A stretch of DNA of 64,000 nucleotides from positions 248,001 through 312,000 of the forward strand of contig NIVC01000150.1 of the NCBI GenBank assembly GCA_002269645.1. Direction: 5' to 3'. The translations under genes and the position numbers were made by a program. The notes beneath the pieces are model-generated. The model saw only the letters and a program-made list of their open reading frames with translations, had not been told where the DNA came from and ran no database searches. The DNA is from Macrostomum lignano (lineage: Eukaryota). This document shows, piece by piece, positions 32,201 to 46,200 of this stretch (position 1 is its first letter; every line of letters starts with the position of its first letter).

Positions 32201-33699
32201 AAACTACTACTTACTTCTGACGCTTAACGCAACCGGCCTAACTTGATGAATTTTCATGTCATATTCCCGATGTTCTTGGAAAACAGGCCTGAAAAATTGG
32301 CATGGTAAACTTTCGCTTCCTGAAAGATAACAGAATGCATGTATGACTCGCTGAAGTGATCCAATAAAAATTGGTCCATGTCGTGAACAGTTGACACAGC
32401 AATAATCTGCATTATTACGGAAGATTCGCGCGAAAATACAGTTCAAACTTCAAACAAAACAATTGATAATTCTAACAACAAAAAAGCTTTTGTAAAATCA
32501 TTAAAAATGTATAATAAAACTGTCTGTTGCCATTTGAAAAAGATTTTGGAAGCAGAAAAATGGAAGAGAAGATATAATGGCACGTAGGCCTTTAAGTTAC
32601 AGAACAGTGTAAAAAATATCTGAATTATGCACAGGGTACAGCACAGCTGATTTACGCGATGGTTGTGCAACATGACGTATCAGTTTGTTACTATTGTGTT
32701 ACAGACAAGATTTGAAGGTTTTAAGTAGAATTTCAATACTTTGAAGTCGTTTAAGTAGGCGTATTGACATGGTATATTCTACATTGGCAAGCTTAGGGCC
32801 TATTACTACCAGTAATAGCCGAAATAAAGACATAATAGGGAATTTTCGATTTCATTTTTGCATGTATTGACTTTATTGACTTCTTAGTCTTAAAGAGCCT
32901 AGCCTAGGCCTAATGGAAGGCTTGAAGAAAGTATATATAAATTGTGGTACTGGTAGGTATCAGCTTACTAAAACATGGTCTTTTAGTTTTATGCCTAGTT
33001 TAAATAAAAATTCTTTTATTCACTGAAATTCTTTCAAAAAGACATAGGCCTATTCCCATGAATCATGATTATTTTTAGGCTTATCTGTAAATTCATGCAA
33101 TTTAGGTATGTACTAGAGCCTGAGCCTATATTTCTTTAGCTAGGCCTAGGCCAACTGGCCAAGAGGAATGCATAGCAGAGCTAGGCCTAGGCCTAGGGAG
33201 CAATGTAGGTTAGGGCCTATAGCCACAGACCAATAAGTATAACTAGATTGCACATGTGGGGCAAGAAATGTGTAGGCCTACCTCTTTCCAAGTAGGAAAA
33301 TGGGCACCTTAGCTCCCATTCTCTTATAATTAATATTAAAGGCTTCCTTTCCTTTCCTACCCTTCAGTTATTGGGCTCACTATATTGCCTTTTGCCATCG
33401 GACATAGATTGATAATAAGCTGATAATAAGCTAACTTTATTTATATGAAGTTTAACAATTAAGCAGTTTAAATAGGCCCCCTATGCCATATTATTTTAAT
33501 GAATAATTTATCAAAAACTAGGCCTAAAATAACTTAATAAGTGCTTGCCAACAAAATAAGACCTTCTTGTTATAAATATAATAGAAACAATAATATGAGT
33601 AAATTTCTAAGAGCTATCAAATTCTAAGCTCACTTTCACAAAGTTTTAAATATATAATTTATTAGTTTTTTTTGGAACCAGCTTTTAGTCAAGCTTGAA

Positions 33700-34900
33700 G
33701 CAATATTTTTATTATTCCTATATGTACGTTTTTTAGCTAGTTGATAGGCCCTAGCCATGACTCAAATCAAAAGCAGCTTATGCAACTCAATGCCATTGCT
33801 TATAGATGCCAAATGCAAATTAAGCTCAGGGAACAGATTTCTTGACGTGCATAGTCTTGCTAACTGCTATGTCACTAGAAAATTGGCTGTCATAGCTAGC
33901 ATATCAAATAATAGACTTAGCACTAGTAGGACCTAAAAGATATTGCTGATAAGAAATATCAAGCTGCTAGTTTGTAGTTCCTTACTCAAAACATTTTTCA
34001 AGGTAACAAATAAGCAAAATGCATGAAAAGCTATTAGTATCTTAGAGCTGGTTGGCAGTCAAAGCTGATCTATATAGAACATATTCAACAACTTTCAACA
34101 TGCTTCATACAACTGCACTTGTAATATAGTACATAATAGAGTGACAAATCTCACAATTTAAATGCATTTTTATAATGGATAGGGCCTAATTTCAAAATTC
34201 CTAGTCCCATTTCATTTTGAACTTTCAGTTTCCATTGTTTCTATGCTGATTTAGCTGATGATAATATGCATGGCAACAAGAGTTGAATGATAGCACTTGG
34301 CTGCTTCACATTTGAACTAGCAGACAAAGAATCCCATTTCTGGCATGTACTAGCTGCTGCCTAAATGCTGAGTGAAACTTATTGCCTAGTCTAAGTCCAA
34401 GGCTTTTCTGTACTTTCTGCAATATCCATATATCTCCATTCTATATTTCCTTTATTTGGCCAAACAAATATTCCTAGGGACTGCCATTGGTTTCGAATCA
34501 GCTTCAACATGTGCAGCATATCCAAGAAAGTTGAAATCTAAATGCCAGGATCTAAGCACTACTAGCCACTTTTTTCTCATTTCTATAACTATCCTTTAGA
34601 AAAGTCTAAAAAGACTCCAAGCATCTGGATACAGTGGGGAGGTATTGCTACAAAGTAAGGAGAGACATTTTTTCCCAGCAATGATTTCCTTTTCTTTTCC
34701 TAGCAATTTAGCAGATTCAGATTGTTCTTTCATTTCATTTTGAGCAATAATATTTTTAATAACTTTTCCTAGCTCTTTAAAACTAGTACAGCATTACTTT
34801 TTTAATCCTTAAACCACATTAATGTACATGTTAATTTAAAAAGGGCAGACAGCTGAAGAAGGGCCAGTCTTCTCTAGGCCACTGATATCAATCATTTTGG
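33700..34900 (-). pseudogene. Possible very old DDE transposase remnant
   Basis: Only a decayed SHG*G (SHGKG-like) motif near 33750 and a DSQF-like motif upstream. No continuous frame. Confidence 0.25.
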
Positions 34901-35858
34901 GATGGGTAGAGAGGACCAGTTTTTGCTTTGTCATTTTGTCAAAAAATGAGCCTAGATAAGCAATGCTAGATGTGCAGTCTAGTTATACTTATTGGTCTGT
35001 GGCTGTAGCCTGTATAGGCCTAGTCTATATCCTGTCTAATATTTTTGTTAGGAGGGCAAAAACAAAATTTTGCAACAACAAATCAAAGTTTATCCTTGTC
35101 TTGTTATCCTAGGCCTAATATTTTTCTTCCATTAGGCCTACACTAGGGATTAGACAAGATCTCAATCTCAATGTTGATCATCAGGATCTATATAGATCTC
35201 AATTGAAACAACTTAAGATTCAAGTATTTTTTAATTTGAAAAATGTGATATTGTATTGTTTGCCCTCTATATTGAACCTGCCAATAGTAAAACCAAAAGG
35301 ATAAATAAAAAATTAACATGCTATCTAATTATAGATGTTAGTGACCTTTTAATTTAGTGCTACATAGGTCCTAGTCAAAATTCCCTTTTAAAATAAATAG
35401 TAGTTTTGTAGATAGTCATCTGCCAAACTTAACTTGCTCTTAGACTTAACTATAAATTTATTCGGAGGTATATAATAAGACTAAGACTTTGAAAAATAAA
35501 ATCAATAAAGCAAAAGAAAAGCATGTAACAACTTGTATAGGTGATCAAAAAGCAAACAGATCAAAAGAAAAAAGCATTAAATAGTTGAAGCCAAGGTGAA
35601 ACAGCTTAAATATGGATTGGTTGATATTGCTTAAAGAGAAATATCTGATGTGCAAAGAGAAGCAAAGAATGAAACAATTAATGACTGATGACCAGTATGG
35701 AATTTTGGATATTAAATGAAACTACAAGATACAAAGTTACTAATCAATATTTAAATTGCTTTAAAGCCCAGTTGGAGACCATCGCCAGCCAACAGCATTC
35801 CTGCTGGCAATCTTAAAGCTCCGAAAGTCTCTTGGCAGTGCTTGGCAAGCCAGCTCCA

Positions 35859-38800
35859 ATGTCGGCAATCAGCGACCCCAGATGGCACGACCAGATGAGC
35901 GCTATATTTGGCGACTATCACGCTGTTATGAACGCCTGCAAGCAGCACAAAATTACCATCGACAAAATCTATCCGGGCGTGCAAGAGGCCTACCTGCGCA
36001 ACCATCAGCGCCATCAACAACAGCAGCAGCAGCAGTTGCAGAGGCAGCAAATTATGATGAAGCATCGACCGGCTGCTTCGCAACCTTCGCCTCTGGTTAG
36101 CGGCGACCTCACGCCCACCCCTTTGAGCGCTTCTAGCTCGGCTGCCAGAACTGCTAATGGCAAAGTCCATGCTCGCAGAAGGTGAGGGTGTCGGCGCTCT
36201 ACCCTAAGCGTGTCATAAGCGCTCTACCCTAAGCGTAGCATAAGCGCTCTACCCTAAGCGTAGCATAAGCTCTCTACCCTAAGCGTGTCATAAGTGTTCT
36301 ACCCCTTAAGCGTGTCATAAGCGCTCTACCCTAAGCGTGTCATAAGCGCTCTACCCCCTAAGCGTGTTATTAGTGTGGCGCTCTACCCTAAGCGTGTCAT
36401 AATCATAAGCGCTCTACCCTAAGCGTGTCATAAGCGCTCTACCCTAAGCTTGTCATAAGCGCTCTACCCTAAGTGTGTCATAAGCGCTCTACCCTAAGCG
36501 TGTCATAAGCTCTCTACCCTAAGCATGTCATAAGCGCCCCAATAAGCGCCACCCTACTCCAATCCAAGCCAATTTAATCACCAACACACCGCAGCCTCAC
36601 CCCTGTGTCGACATCAACTGGCTCTTTGCCGCCTGTAATCTCCGCGCTTGGGTCGACCGCCTCTGCCGCAGCCGCCGTTGCCCCCGCCGCGAATTCCTCA
36701 GCCGCCGACACTCCGAGCGGCTCCAGCGTCGGCCGACAGTCGAACTGTGGCGGCTCTCTCGGCTGGTCGCCGGCCCTCGGCTCCGAGGCGTCGCCGTTCC
36801 AGCAGCAGCAGCCGCCGCGGCCGCTGCGGCATCAGGAGGCGGAGATTCGACGCTGCCTGCAATTCTTCCGCCGCGCTCATCGCCTCGTAGCCGCCGATGC
36901 CGCCTCCTCGCCGCCGTTGCGGCCGCTCCCGCCGAGCCCGACTCACGGAAACCTCGGAGCCGCGGACAGCAGCATGTCGGACGCAGAGTCTACCTGCACC
37001 CAGCCATGTCTGGTGTCGCCGCGGCAGCTCACAGTTAACAATGTCGATTATGCGAGAGAGGCGCGTCAGGTGCGGCTGGCTCGGTTAACGGATCCTGATT
37101 CTGGCGCCTCGGTGAGTCCTTGTTCATCTGTGTAGTCCAAAACTTGAGATCCCAGATATAGTGGGATTTGAGGAACTGATGAGATCCCAGATGTAGTGGG
37201 ATTTGAGGAACTGATGAGATCCCAGATTTAGTGGGATTTGAGGAACTGATGAGATCCCAGATTTAGTGGGATTTGAGGAACTGATGAGATCCCAGATTTA
37301 GTGGGATTTGAGGAACTGATGAGATCCCAGATTTAGTGGGATTTGAGGAACTGATGAGATCCAGATTTAGTGGATTTGAGGAACTGATGAGATCCCAGAT
37401 TTAGTGGGATTTGAGGAACTGATGAGATCCCAGATTTAGTGGGATTTGAGGAACTGATGAGATCCCAGATTTAGTGGGATTTGAGGAACTGATGAATCCC
37501 AGATATAGTGGGATTTGAGGAACTGATGAGATCCAGATTTATGGATTTGAGGAACTGATGAGATCCAGATTTAGTGGGATTTGAGGAACTGATGAGATCC
37601 AGATTTAGTGGATTTGAGGAACTGATGAGATCCCAGATTTAGTGGGATTTGAGGAACTGATGAGATCCCAGATTTAGTGGGATTTGAGGAACTGATGAGA
37701 TCCCAGATTTAGTGGGATTTGAGGAACTGATGAGATCCAGATTTATGGATTTGAGGAACTGATGAGATCCCAGATTTAGTGGGGTTTGAGGAACTGATGA
37801 GATCCCAGATTTAGTGGGGTTTGAGGAACTGCTGAAATCCCAGATTTAGTGGGGTTTGAGGAACTGATGAGATCCAGATTTATGGATTTGAGGAACTGAT
37901 GAGATCGCAGATTTATTGAGATTTGAGGAACTGATGAGATCGCAGATTTATTGAGATTTGAGGAACTGATGAGATCGCAGATTTATTGAGATTTGAGGAA
38001 CTGCTGAAATCCCAGATTTAGTGGATTTGAGGAACTGCTGAAATCCCAGATATAGTGAGATTTTGAGGAACTGATGAGATCCCAGATTTAGTGGGGTTTG
38101 AGGACCTGCTGAAATCCCAGATATAGTGAGATTTGAGGAACTGATGAGATCCCAGATTTAGTGAGATTTTGAGGAACTGATGATATCCCAGATTTAGTGG
38201 GGTTTGAGGACCTGAAACTCCAGATTAAGTGGGATTTGAGGAATATTATTATGCGAGACCATAGACCCTATTAATCCTAGAATTTTACCTAGCCGAGTCG
38301 CAGGATGGATGCTTATCATAATATTTTTTGCCTTGTTTGCCGGGGAGCGCCAGATGGGACAAGATAATTACCGAGCAATTTCGGCGCCTATCGCCTGTTT
38401 CGTTTGCAATGCAGCTTAACAGAAAGAGAATTCTAGGCGTGCATGTCTTTTCAGTGAATTGCAGCATTTTCTTATTTTATTTTACACGCATCAAAGTGTG
38501 CTGTGCTGTGCATTACAGTGTTTCAGTCACTCCAAGCATCCCTCAGTGTTTCAGTCACTCCAGGCATCCCTCACAGTGTTTCAGTCACTCCAGGCATCCC
38601 TCACAGTGTTTCAGTCACTCCAGGCATCCCTCACAGTGTTTCAGTCACTCCAGGCATCCCTCACAGTGTTTCAGTCACTCCAAGCATCCCTCAGTGTTTC
38701 AGTCACTCCAGGCATCCCTCACAGTGTTTCAGTCACTCCAGGCATCCCTCACAGTGTTTCAGTCACTCCAAGCATCCCTCACAGTGTTTCAGTCAGTCCA

Positions 38801-40691
38801 AGCATCCCTCACAGTGTTTCAGTCACTCCAGACATCCCTCGCAGTGTTTCAGTCACTCCAAGCATCCCTCACAGTGTTTCAGTCACTCCAAGCATCCCTC
38901 GCAGTGTTTCAGTCACTCCAAGCATCCCTCACAGTGTTTCAGTCAGTCCAAGCATCCCTCGCAGTGTTTCAGTCACTCCAAGAATCCCTCACAGTGTTTC
39001 AGTCACTCCAAGCATCCCTCACAGTGTTTCAGTCACTCCAAGCATCCCTCACAGTGTTTCAGTCACTCCAAGCATCCCTCACAGTGTTTCAGTCACTCCA
39101 AGCATCCCTCACAGTGTTTCAGTCACTCCAAGCATCCCTCACAGTGTTTCAGTCACTGGGAACTCACCCATGAGGGCCAACCCTAGAGAGGCACATAGGC
39201 CAGCTTAATGGGCAGAATCGCCTATGTCACAGAAGGGATTGCGCTAGGGTTGCGATATTGAAATCCCAATCTTTCCCCAACCTGAACTGCCGTCCTTCCC
39301 AGCCAAAGCCGACGCCGCAGGAGCCGCAGGACTCGGTCTGGAACGACTCCGAGGACGCGCCGTTGTCGCTTCGCTTCTCAAACGCGATTTCTGCCGCCGC
39401 AGCCGGTCCGGCAGTGAAGCGCAAGCCGCGCAGGCGGAGGACTGACTCCACAGCCACGTCCGGCACGGTGGGCACCGACATGCATCTTGCCGACGCCGCG
39501 GACGCCGACTCTGACCTCTATTTGTCATCGCCAGCGTCAGTCGATAAGCGGCCAAGGCTTTCCTGCCCGCCGCATCCGCCCGTCAGGCACCAAAGCGGCC
39601 TGCAGCTGTCCGTGCCCTTGAAATACTTGGAGCGGCAGCGGCGGCAGCCTCGGCCAGCCTGCGTCGAGGAGGCCGCCACCCAGACGGAGGACGTTCCACC
39701 GCCGCTGCGCCCCACGGCCGCCGTGCCGCCGGTGCAGTCCTCAGCCGAGTTGGCCGCCGCCGCCGCAGCCGCCGCAGCGGCCGCCGTTGCGCCTTCGACT
39801 TCCACTGCGGCAGCCGCGTCGGCATCGGTGGCTGCGCCGGCTGGCGACTCGCTGCTGCAGCTGGAGCGGCTGCAGGCTGCCCGGGCCGACGCTCTGGAGC
39901 AGCGCTGGCTTCAGGAGTCGCGCGAGTCGCTTTTCCGACGGGCCAAGTCGCTCCGTCAGCAACTTGACGGCAACGAAGGCGGCGCCGGTGGCCCCAGCAA
40001 CGGTGCCGGAGATCGGCATCGGCGCCGCTGTTTCCTGGAATCGGCGGCCACATACTTGGCCGGCTGCTGGGTGGCCGAGGACCGACGGCAGTTGCCGGCG
40101 TCTGACGCCCGTCGGATCTACAGAGACGTGGCCGGGTTTGTCCGGCAGCACGGCCGCGCTTTTGCCGAGCGAGATCGGCGGCGCCAGCCTGCCGAGGACG
40201 GTGGCGAGGCGAGCGGCGTCGCCCGCCTGACGGAGATCTGTGTGCTGCTGCTGAAATCCCTGCTGGAGTACCGGATCTACTGCAGCTACAGGCGAGTGGG
40301 GTGGCCTGGCCGGGTGGGCAAGGAATAGAATGGATTGCTAATCTAGCCAGCATCACTGATGAAGGAATAGAGTGGATTGCTAATCTTGAGTGTAATTTCA
40401 ACCCGCAGGTCGGACTTGGCTAGCTTGAGCAGTGCTCACCGGTCTAGCGGACTGTCCGCCGAGCGCGAGTCGCAGCTGCTTGGCCAGCTGATGCCGCTGT
40501 ATCACTCCCAGGAGCTCTGGTCGCACCTGTGCCGCCAGAGAGACAAGCTGCGCGCTGAATCGGCTTCGTTCGCTCGCCTAGAGGACGAAGTCGCCTCTAG
40601 GTCCGGAGTTCGATCTTTGGGACCAAACGATCGGCTTAGCAACAATCTGGCTTACCTGCTAGCTGCTGCCGAAGTCATAGCCGAGTCTTAA
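35859..40691 (+). CDS. AF4/FMR2 family (AFF/lilliputian-like) transcription elongation factor, multi-exon (~35859-36181, 36595-37111, ~39233-40291, 40409-40691)
   Basis: N-terminal QMSAIFGDYHAVM resembles AFF IQSMLGNYDEM. C-terminal FRRAKSLRQQLD, CFLESAATYL, RIYRDVAGFVR and RLTEICVLLLKSLLEYRIY match the AF4 C-terminal homology domain. The exon 2-3 phase is not resolved. Confidence 0.7.
36190..36540. repeat. Intronic minisatellite, 25-bp unit TAAGCGCTCTACCCTAAGCGTGTCA
   Basis: Tandem array in AFF intron 1. Confidence 0.95.
37146..38240. repeat. Intronic minisatellite, 35-bp unit GAGATCCCAGATTTAGTGGGATTTGAGGAACTGAT
   Basis: Tandem array with no unique spacers. Confidence 0.95.
38512..39155. 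repeat. Intronic minisatellite, 30-bp unit CAGTGTTTCAGTCACTCCAAGCATCCCTCA
   Basis: Tandem array. Confidence 0.95.
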
Positions 40692-40859
40692 TCTGGGGTT
40701 GGCCTTTTATCACAGTCTAGAATTCAACCTTCATGTCCTTGTTTGACCCTGAAATCTCTTTAGATAATATACTCTGTTTTTTTTATTTTGACCTTAATTG
40801 ATCATCGTGACCCTGAAAATCGTAAGACCGTATTGATTCTCTTACTGATCGTGGCCTTA

Positions 40860-41971
40860 AATGACCCCTGTGACCTTAACTGGCCCTGCAAACTCTTAGA
40901 CTGTATCATTGACTTTCATGGATTGTGACCTTAATTGACCCCTGTGACCTTAATTGACCCCTGTGACCTTAATTGACCCCTGTGACCTTAACTGACCCTG
41001 CAAACTATTAGACTGTATCATTGACTCCTATGGATTGTGACCTTAGTTGACCCCTGTGACCCTAACTGACCCTGCAAACTATTAGACTGTATCATTGACT
41101 CCTATGGATTGTGACCTTAGTTGACCCCTGTGACCCTAACTGACCCTGCAAACTCTTAGACTGTATCATTGACTCCTATGGATTGTGACATTAATTGACT
41201 CAGTAACCGTGTGTCAACTGTAGCGATTTTATCCTAGGTGTTCAAATTTTTTTTCACCTCTGCAAGTCCTAATCTGACTTAAAGTGACCTTGATTCAATA
41301 TAGCATTGTCAGTTCAATCTGTCCTACAATGAGTAATGTGTAATTAAGTTTTGCAAAGCATTTTTTCTAATCCAGTCATACCGCTACTCTGCCCCGATCT
41401 TTCTCCATTGTTTTCAACTGTCTTTCTGGCCGCTTCTGACCCAAATTTTCCCATCTGACATTGTCTGACAGTTTGTCAGCCTGTCATATTTTTATCTTAA
41501 ACTGTGCACTCCAAGCTCAGAGTGTCGGATTACCATGTTTAGTAATCGTGCATTGAAATCATGGTAATCGAGTGTACATAAGTGTCTCTAGTTGTCTATT
41601 TAACAGTTTTTATCTGAACTTATCAATACATTTTATGATTAAATTATTATTGCTTCAAATGCTTGCGTATACATTTTGTAACACCATTGCAACTGCTAAT
41701 TGATTTCTTAGCCTTTTATGAATTTTTGGCGGTGATTTTTTGCAGAAAGTGAAATATGCAAGAAAACGATACACATTACTGGCTGGATCTTTCATGCGGA
41801 CTGGTGTTTTTTATTTTCTAAGCCTGAATTACCTGATCAGTAATTGTAGTGAGCGTTTGCTGTGCTGGAAATCTGATTTTCTTCTTTGCGTTTGTTAAAC
41901 GCAAAGTTACTCTGCTAGTATTTCCATTGCCAGTCACTTGTGACGCGCGGCGCTGGCTGAGTGACTGCCGA

Positions 41972-42004
<33 letters not shown>

Positions 42005-42364
42005 TAGACAGACAGACAGACAGACAGACACTAAGACAGACAGACACTAAGACAGACAGACAGACACTAAGACAGACACTAAGACAGACAGACAGACAGA
42101 CACTAAGACAGACAGACAGACAGATACTAAGACAGACTGACAGACAGGCAGACAGACAGACAGACAGACAGAACAGACAGACAGACACTAAGACAGACAG
42201 ACACCAAGACAGACAGACAGACAGACAGACAGACACTAAGACAGACAGACAGACACTAAGAGAGAAAAACAGACAGACAGAACAGACAAACAGACACTAA
42301 GACAGATAGACAGACAGACACCAAGAGAGACAAACAGACAGACAGAACAGACAAACAGACACTA

Positions 42365-42397
<33 letters not shown>

Positions 42398-42420
42398 CTA
42401 AGAGAGAATCAGACAGACAG
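40860..42420. repeat. Intergenic repeats: TGACCCCTGTGACCTTAAT array (~40860-41200) and (AGAC)n microsatellite (~41965-42420)
   Basis: Tandem arrays visible directly. Confidence 0.9.
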
Positions 42421-43271
42421 AAGAGCAGCATCTCAGTCAGCTCAGGCGATCCCTTCAGTTCGGTAGAAGGCTATTTCACTTGCCAAGCAAGCTACCTGTA
42501 CGCAACCTATGGTTGATATTTGATCTTTCACGCCGTCTAGCTGTCTTATCAAAAATCGAAACCGACTCTCGGCTTTTTTCTGGCCTTTGTTTTTCTTAAT
42601 TTCTGCTCTCGCTTAAGAAGTTTCATTTCTGCTGTGCTTTGTTCTATATTATTGATTTTTTTGGGCTGGCGGCTCAAGTTACAGCCTGCCCGATGCCTCA
42701 TTCATTGTTTCGCTAACATTCTGATATTTAAATTGCATACACTATATGGAACTATATATATATTGCATAAATATATATTTATATATTGCATCTATTTATA
42801 AGCTGTTTCATCGAACGCTCCCACATTGCGCGCTTGAATTAAAACAAATAATTAAGTCTCGTATGCTTAAAGTTATAGATTCTTTTTCTATTTAATTGGC
42901 CAGCCAAAGTAGTATACTACTGAATAGTTGTTAAGCCTTTGTAGTAGCATGAATAGAGTGTTGTCTGTATTATTTGTGCGCCGAATCTAATTAAATTAGT
43001 GCGATGGAGTTCCGGTCTAAATTTCTAATATTGTTGCTTTTTAAAGATATGGGCGCTGCCGTCTATAATCAAATATCTTTTGAAGGCCCGCTACAAAGCG
43101 GAGCTGCTCGGATACTGTTTGTCAGCCTTAAAACGATTAATAAAAATTTGATAATTCTCGAGTTATTAAAGAGCTCTGGCTACCTACATGTCAGGTATGT
43201 TCTGTGCTACGAAGCATGGTTCTATACTACTGACGATTTTTTTCAAAAGAAGTAGTCAATATCGGTGTCCA

Positions 43272-46200
43272 TCAGGCGCTAGAGGTCGCCCGCCCACCCT
43301 CGGTGCTCTGCTGACCGGAGGGCCTTTGGCCTCCAGTGGCCGTCTGCATAGCGGACGAGGACTGGTTCTCTGGCAGCCAGTTGCTACTGTCCTCAATCTT
43401 CGATGGCCCGTGCTGAACCAGGAGCAGTATCTGTGCGGTTGGTATTTATTAGGGAGATGCGAGCTTTGCATGTGCATGTAATGACTATAATAACGCTTCT
43501 CGTCTCTTGTAAATTGTTGACAAGCTTATCATTATAGCCTCACTCCGCCACTCACCTCACTACGATGCCCACCTCACTCCGCCACCCGCCCACCTCACTC
43601 CGCTAGCCACCACCTCAATATGATACCCACCACCTCACTACGATACCCACCAACTCTCGCCACCCACCACCTCACTCGCTACCCACCAGCTAACTCCGCC
43701 ACCAACCAACTCACTCCGCCAATCCACTTCTCTATTATATCAATAATTTTCAACTGAGCCATTTTCAGTATCAGTTGTACCGCACTTCAACAGCAACGCA
43801 TCTCTACGTATTTTTTGGATTTTCAATCATGAGTCGGGAGAAAATTCACCTTGCTGCCAAACACGATAACCACAGCGGTAGTGCAGCAGACGATGATGCA
43901 GCCGTTAATGAGAAGGAACCTAAGGTTCAACTCGCTGGCTGGCAGGACGAAAGCCATGACAACTCCCAAGGCTCCCATCACCATGGTGTTGTAGACGCAG
44001 ATGCCGATCTTCTTCGAGTCGTTCAGGCTCTCTATGTGGACTGCGCGGGTCTCCCAGGCAAAGAAGATGCCGAACGCCAGGAGAAATCCTGCAAAGAGAG
44101 GTGCATGCATTTAGGATGAGTCACTCTCACCCACACTCTCCCCCACCTCACTCATCACCCACCTCACTCTTCACCAATTTCACTCTTCACCCACCTAACT
44201 CTTCACCCCTTACCCGCTCTATAAAATCATAAATTGATCGGCTAACCTTTGTAACCAACGAAGGTCACAAGCCAGATAGTGAGAAAGTTGCTGTGACACG
44301 TCTGAGCCATGTTGACCTCAACTGAGCCCTTTTGAATCGATTCCTTTTGAAAAGAAAAATGCTAAGTTTTAGCTATGCTTTACTTAAAGAAGGCAATTTT
44401 GCAATCAAAGTAATTTACCACAACCGCGTATTTCACGTTAATCAGCTCCATTGGATCCACCAAGGCCCAGACAGTAAATAAAATCACGTCGAGGACTACT
44501 AGGGCGAGCGGTACAGCTGCCAACTGATGGTCCTTGATGGACTGAAAAATTCAGATAAGAGGTAATACTGAACATAAAAATATTTATTAGTTTATCACAA
44601 CCTGATTCTCCCCAGCAAATCACAGCCCGCTTCTCTCGTAGATAATCGCAGACTGATATCCTAGCCAATCACAGCCCGCTTCTCTCTCAGATTATCGCAG
44701 ACTAACCCCCAGCCAATCACATCCCGCTTCTGTCCCAGGCAATCGCAGACTGACTCTCCCAGCCAATCACAGCCCGCCGCTCACCACCCGGCGCATATTT
44801 CTCGTAGCAAAGATGACGTGAACCCGCCAGGTCTTGGCCAGCATGGCTCCGTAGGCGATGGAGTAGCCGAAGCAGAGGCTGACGGACTGCAGCCAGCAGG
44901 CGGCCGTGTCCTGGAGCCAGCTGCTGCCAACAGCGGACACGGTGCAGGACGCGTAGCTTAGAATGCAGCCGACGCCAATTAAATTATTGATGTTAGGCGA
45001 CGACATTTTGATCATTCGGATGTGCCGATAGTGAAAATTGGCGACCATGAAGCTCAGCGTGATGGCAACGCAAATTGAGCAGAGGCACAGCATCACAATA
45101 GCGTTGGTTCGGCTGACTACCTGTTGATTTTTCACCACCTTCGGTTTGTCCTCCGGCGGTCCCTCACCTGAGTCCACGGCAGGGTTTGAGTTTTCAATGC
45201 TAGACCCCCAGGGGGGGTCGATGTTGGCTAGTCCACTATACTAAAATGGTTTGTCTCTATCTACGAGCGTATCCATGTATGGGATTGATGTCAGAAAAAT
45301 CTTCTATACTAAAGTATAGAATACTCGTATCTTTGATTCCTTCCATTGATCCTATGCATCTTTGGTCACATGGCAACACTCGAAATGCAGTTGCATTTTC
45401 TTAACGGATTTCATAAAAGTTCACTTTTTTCATAGGTGGGTAAACTTTTGAATCAAACTCAGTTGCTGCCTTTGTTATATTGGGAAGTTAATGCCTTTCA
45501 AGCATTCTGCTTTCACTGTCCATGGTGTGATTTCTCTCTTACCTGAAAACTGCAGTTCTTCGCTCCAGTCTATAATGTTGTCATAGGTGTTGAAAAAGGC
45601 CACAGCCACCGACTCAAAGTCTGCAATGATGTTTAAAAATGTGCACCCAATAGATAACATGATGAAAGGGATGATAGCATTCACAAAAGTGGAGGTACGA
45701 ACTTCGAATCTGATAGACCACCGCGTTAGCAAGCCGATCACCGTTGCCATCGAGTTTCACTCGACCCTGCGGAGCATATCGAATAACAGTTACTGAGTTT
45801 TAGACTCGCTCAATCGAGTGTTAGACTCAACCAATCGAGTGTTAGACTCGCTCAATCGAGTGTTAAACTCGCTCAATCGAGTGTTAGACTCGCTCAATCG
45901 AGTGTTAGACTCGCTCAATCGAGTGTTAGACTCGCTCAATCGAGTGTTAGACTCGCTCAATCGAGTGTTAGACTCGCTCAATCGAGTGGTAGACTCGCTC
46001 AATCGAGTGTTAGACTCGCTCAACTGAGAGCCTGTCAAATCTACGAAAGGGCCAGTCAGAACGCACCGTGAAGCCCTCAAAGTCCACAGCCCTGATTTCG
46101 CTCAGCAGCTGGTCCTTGAAAGGGCTCTCGTCCAGATCGAGCTCCGTGGAGTACGCATATTTCCTAAGAGTTCGGTTCAGAGCCAAAGCAGCTGTCAGCA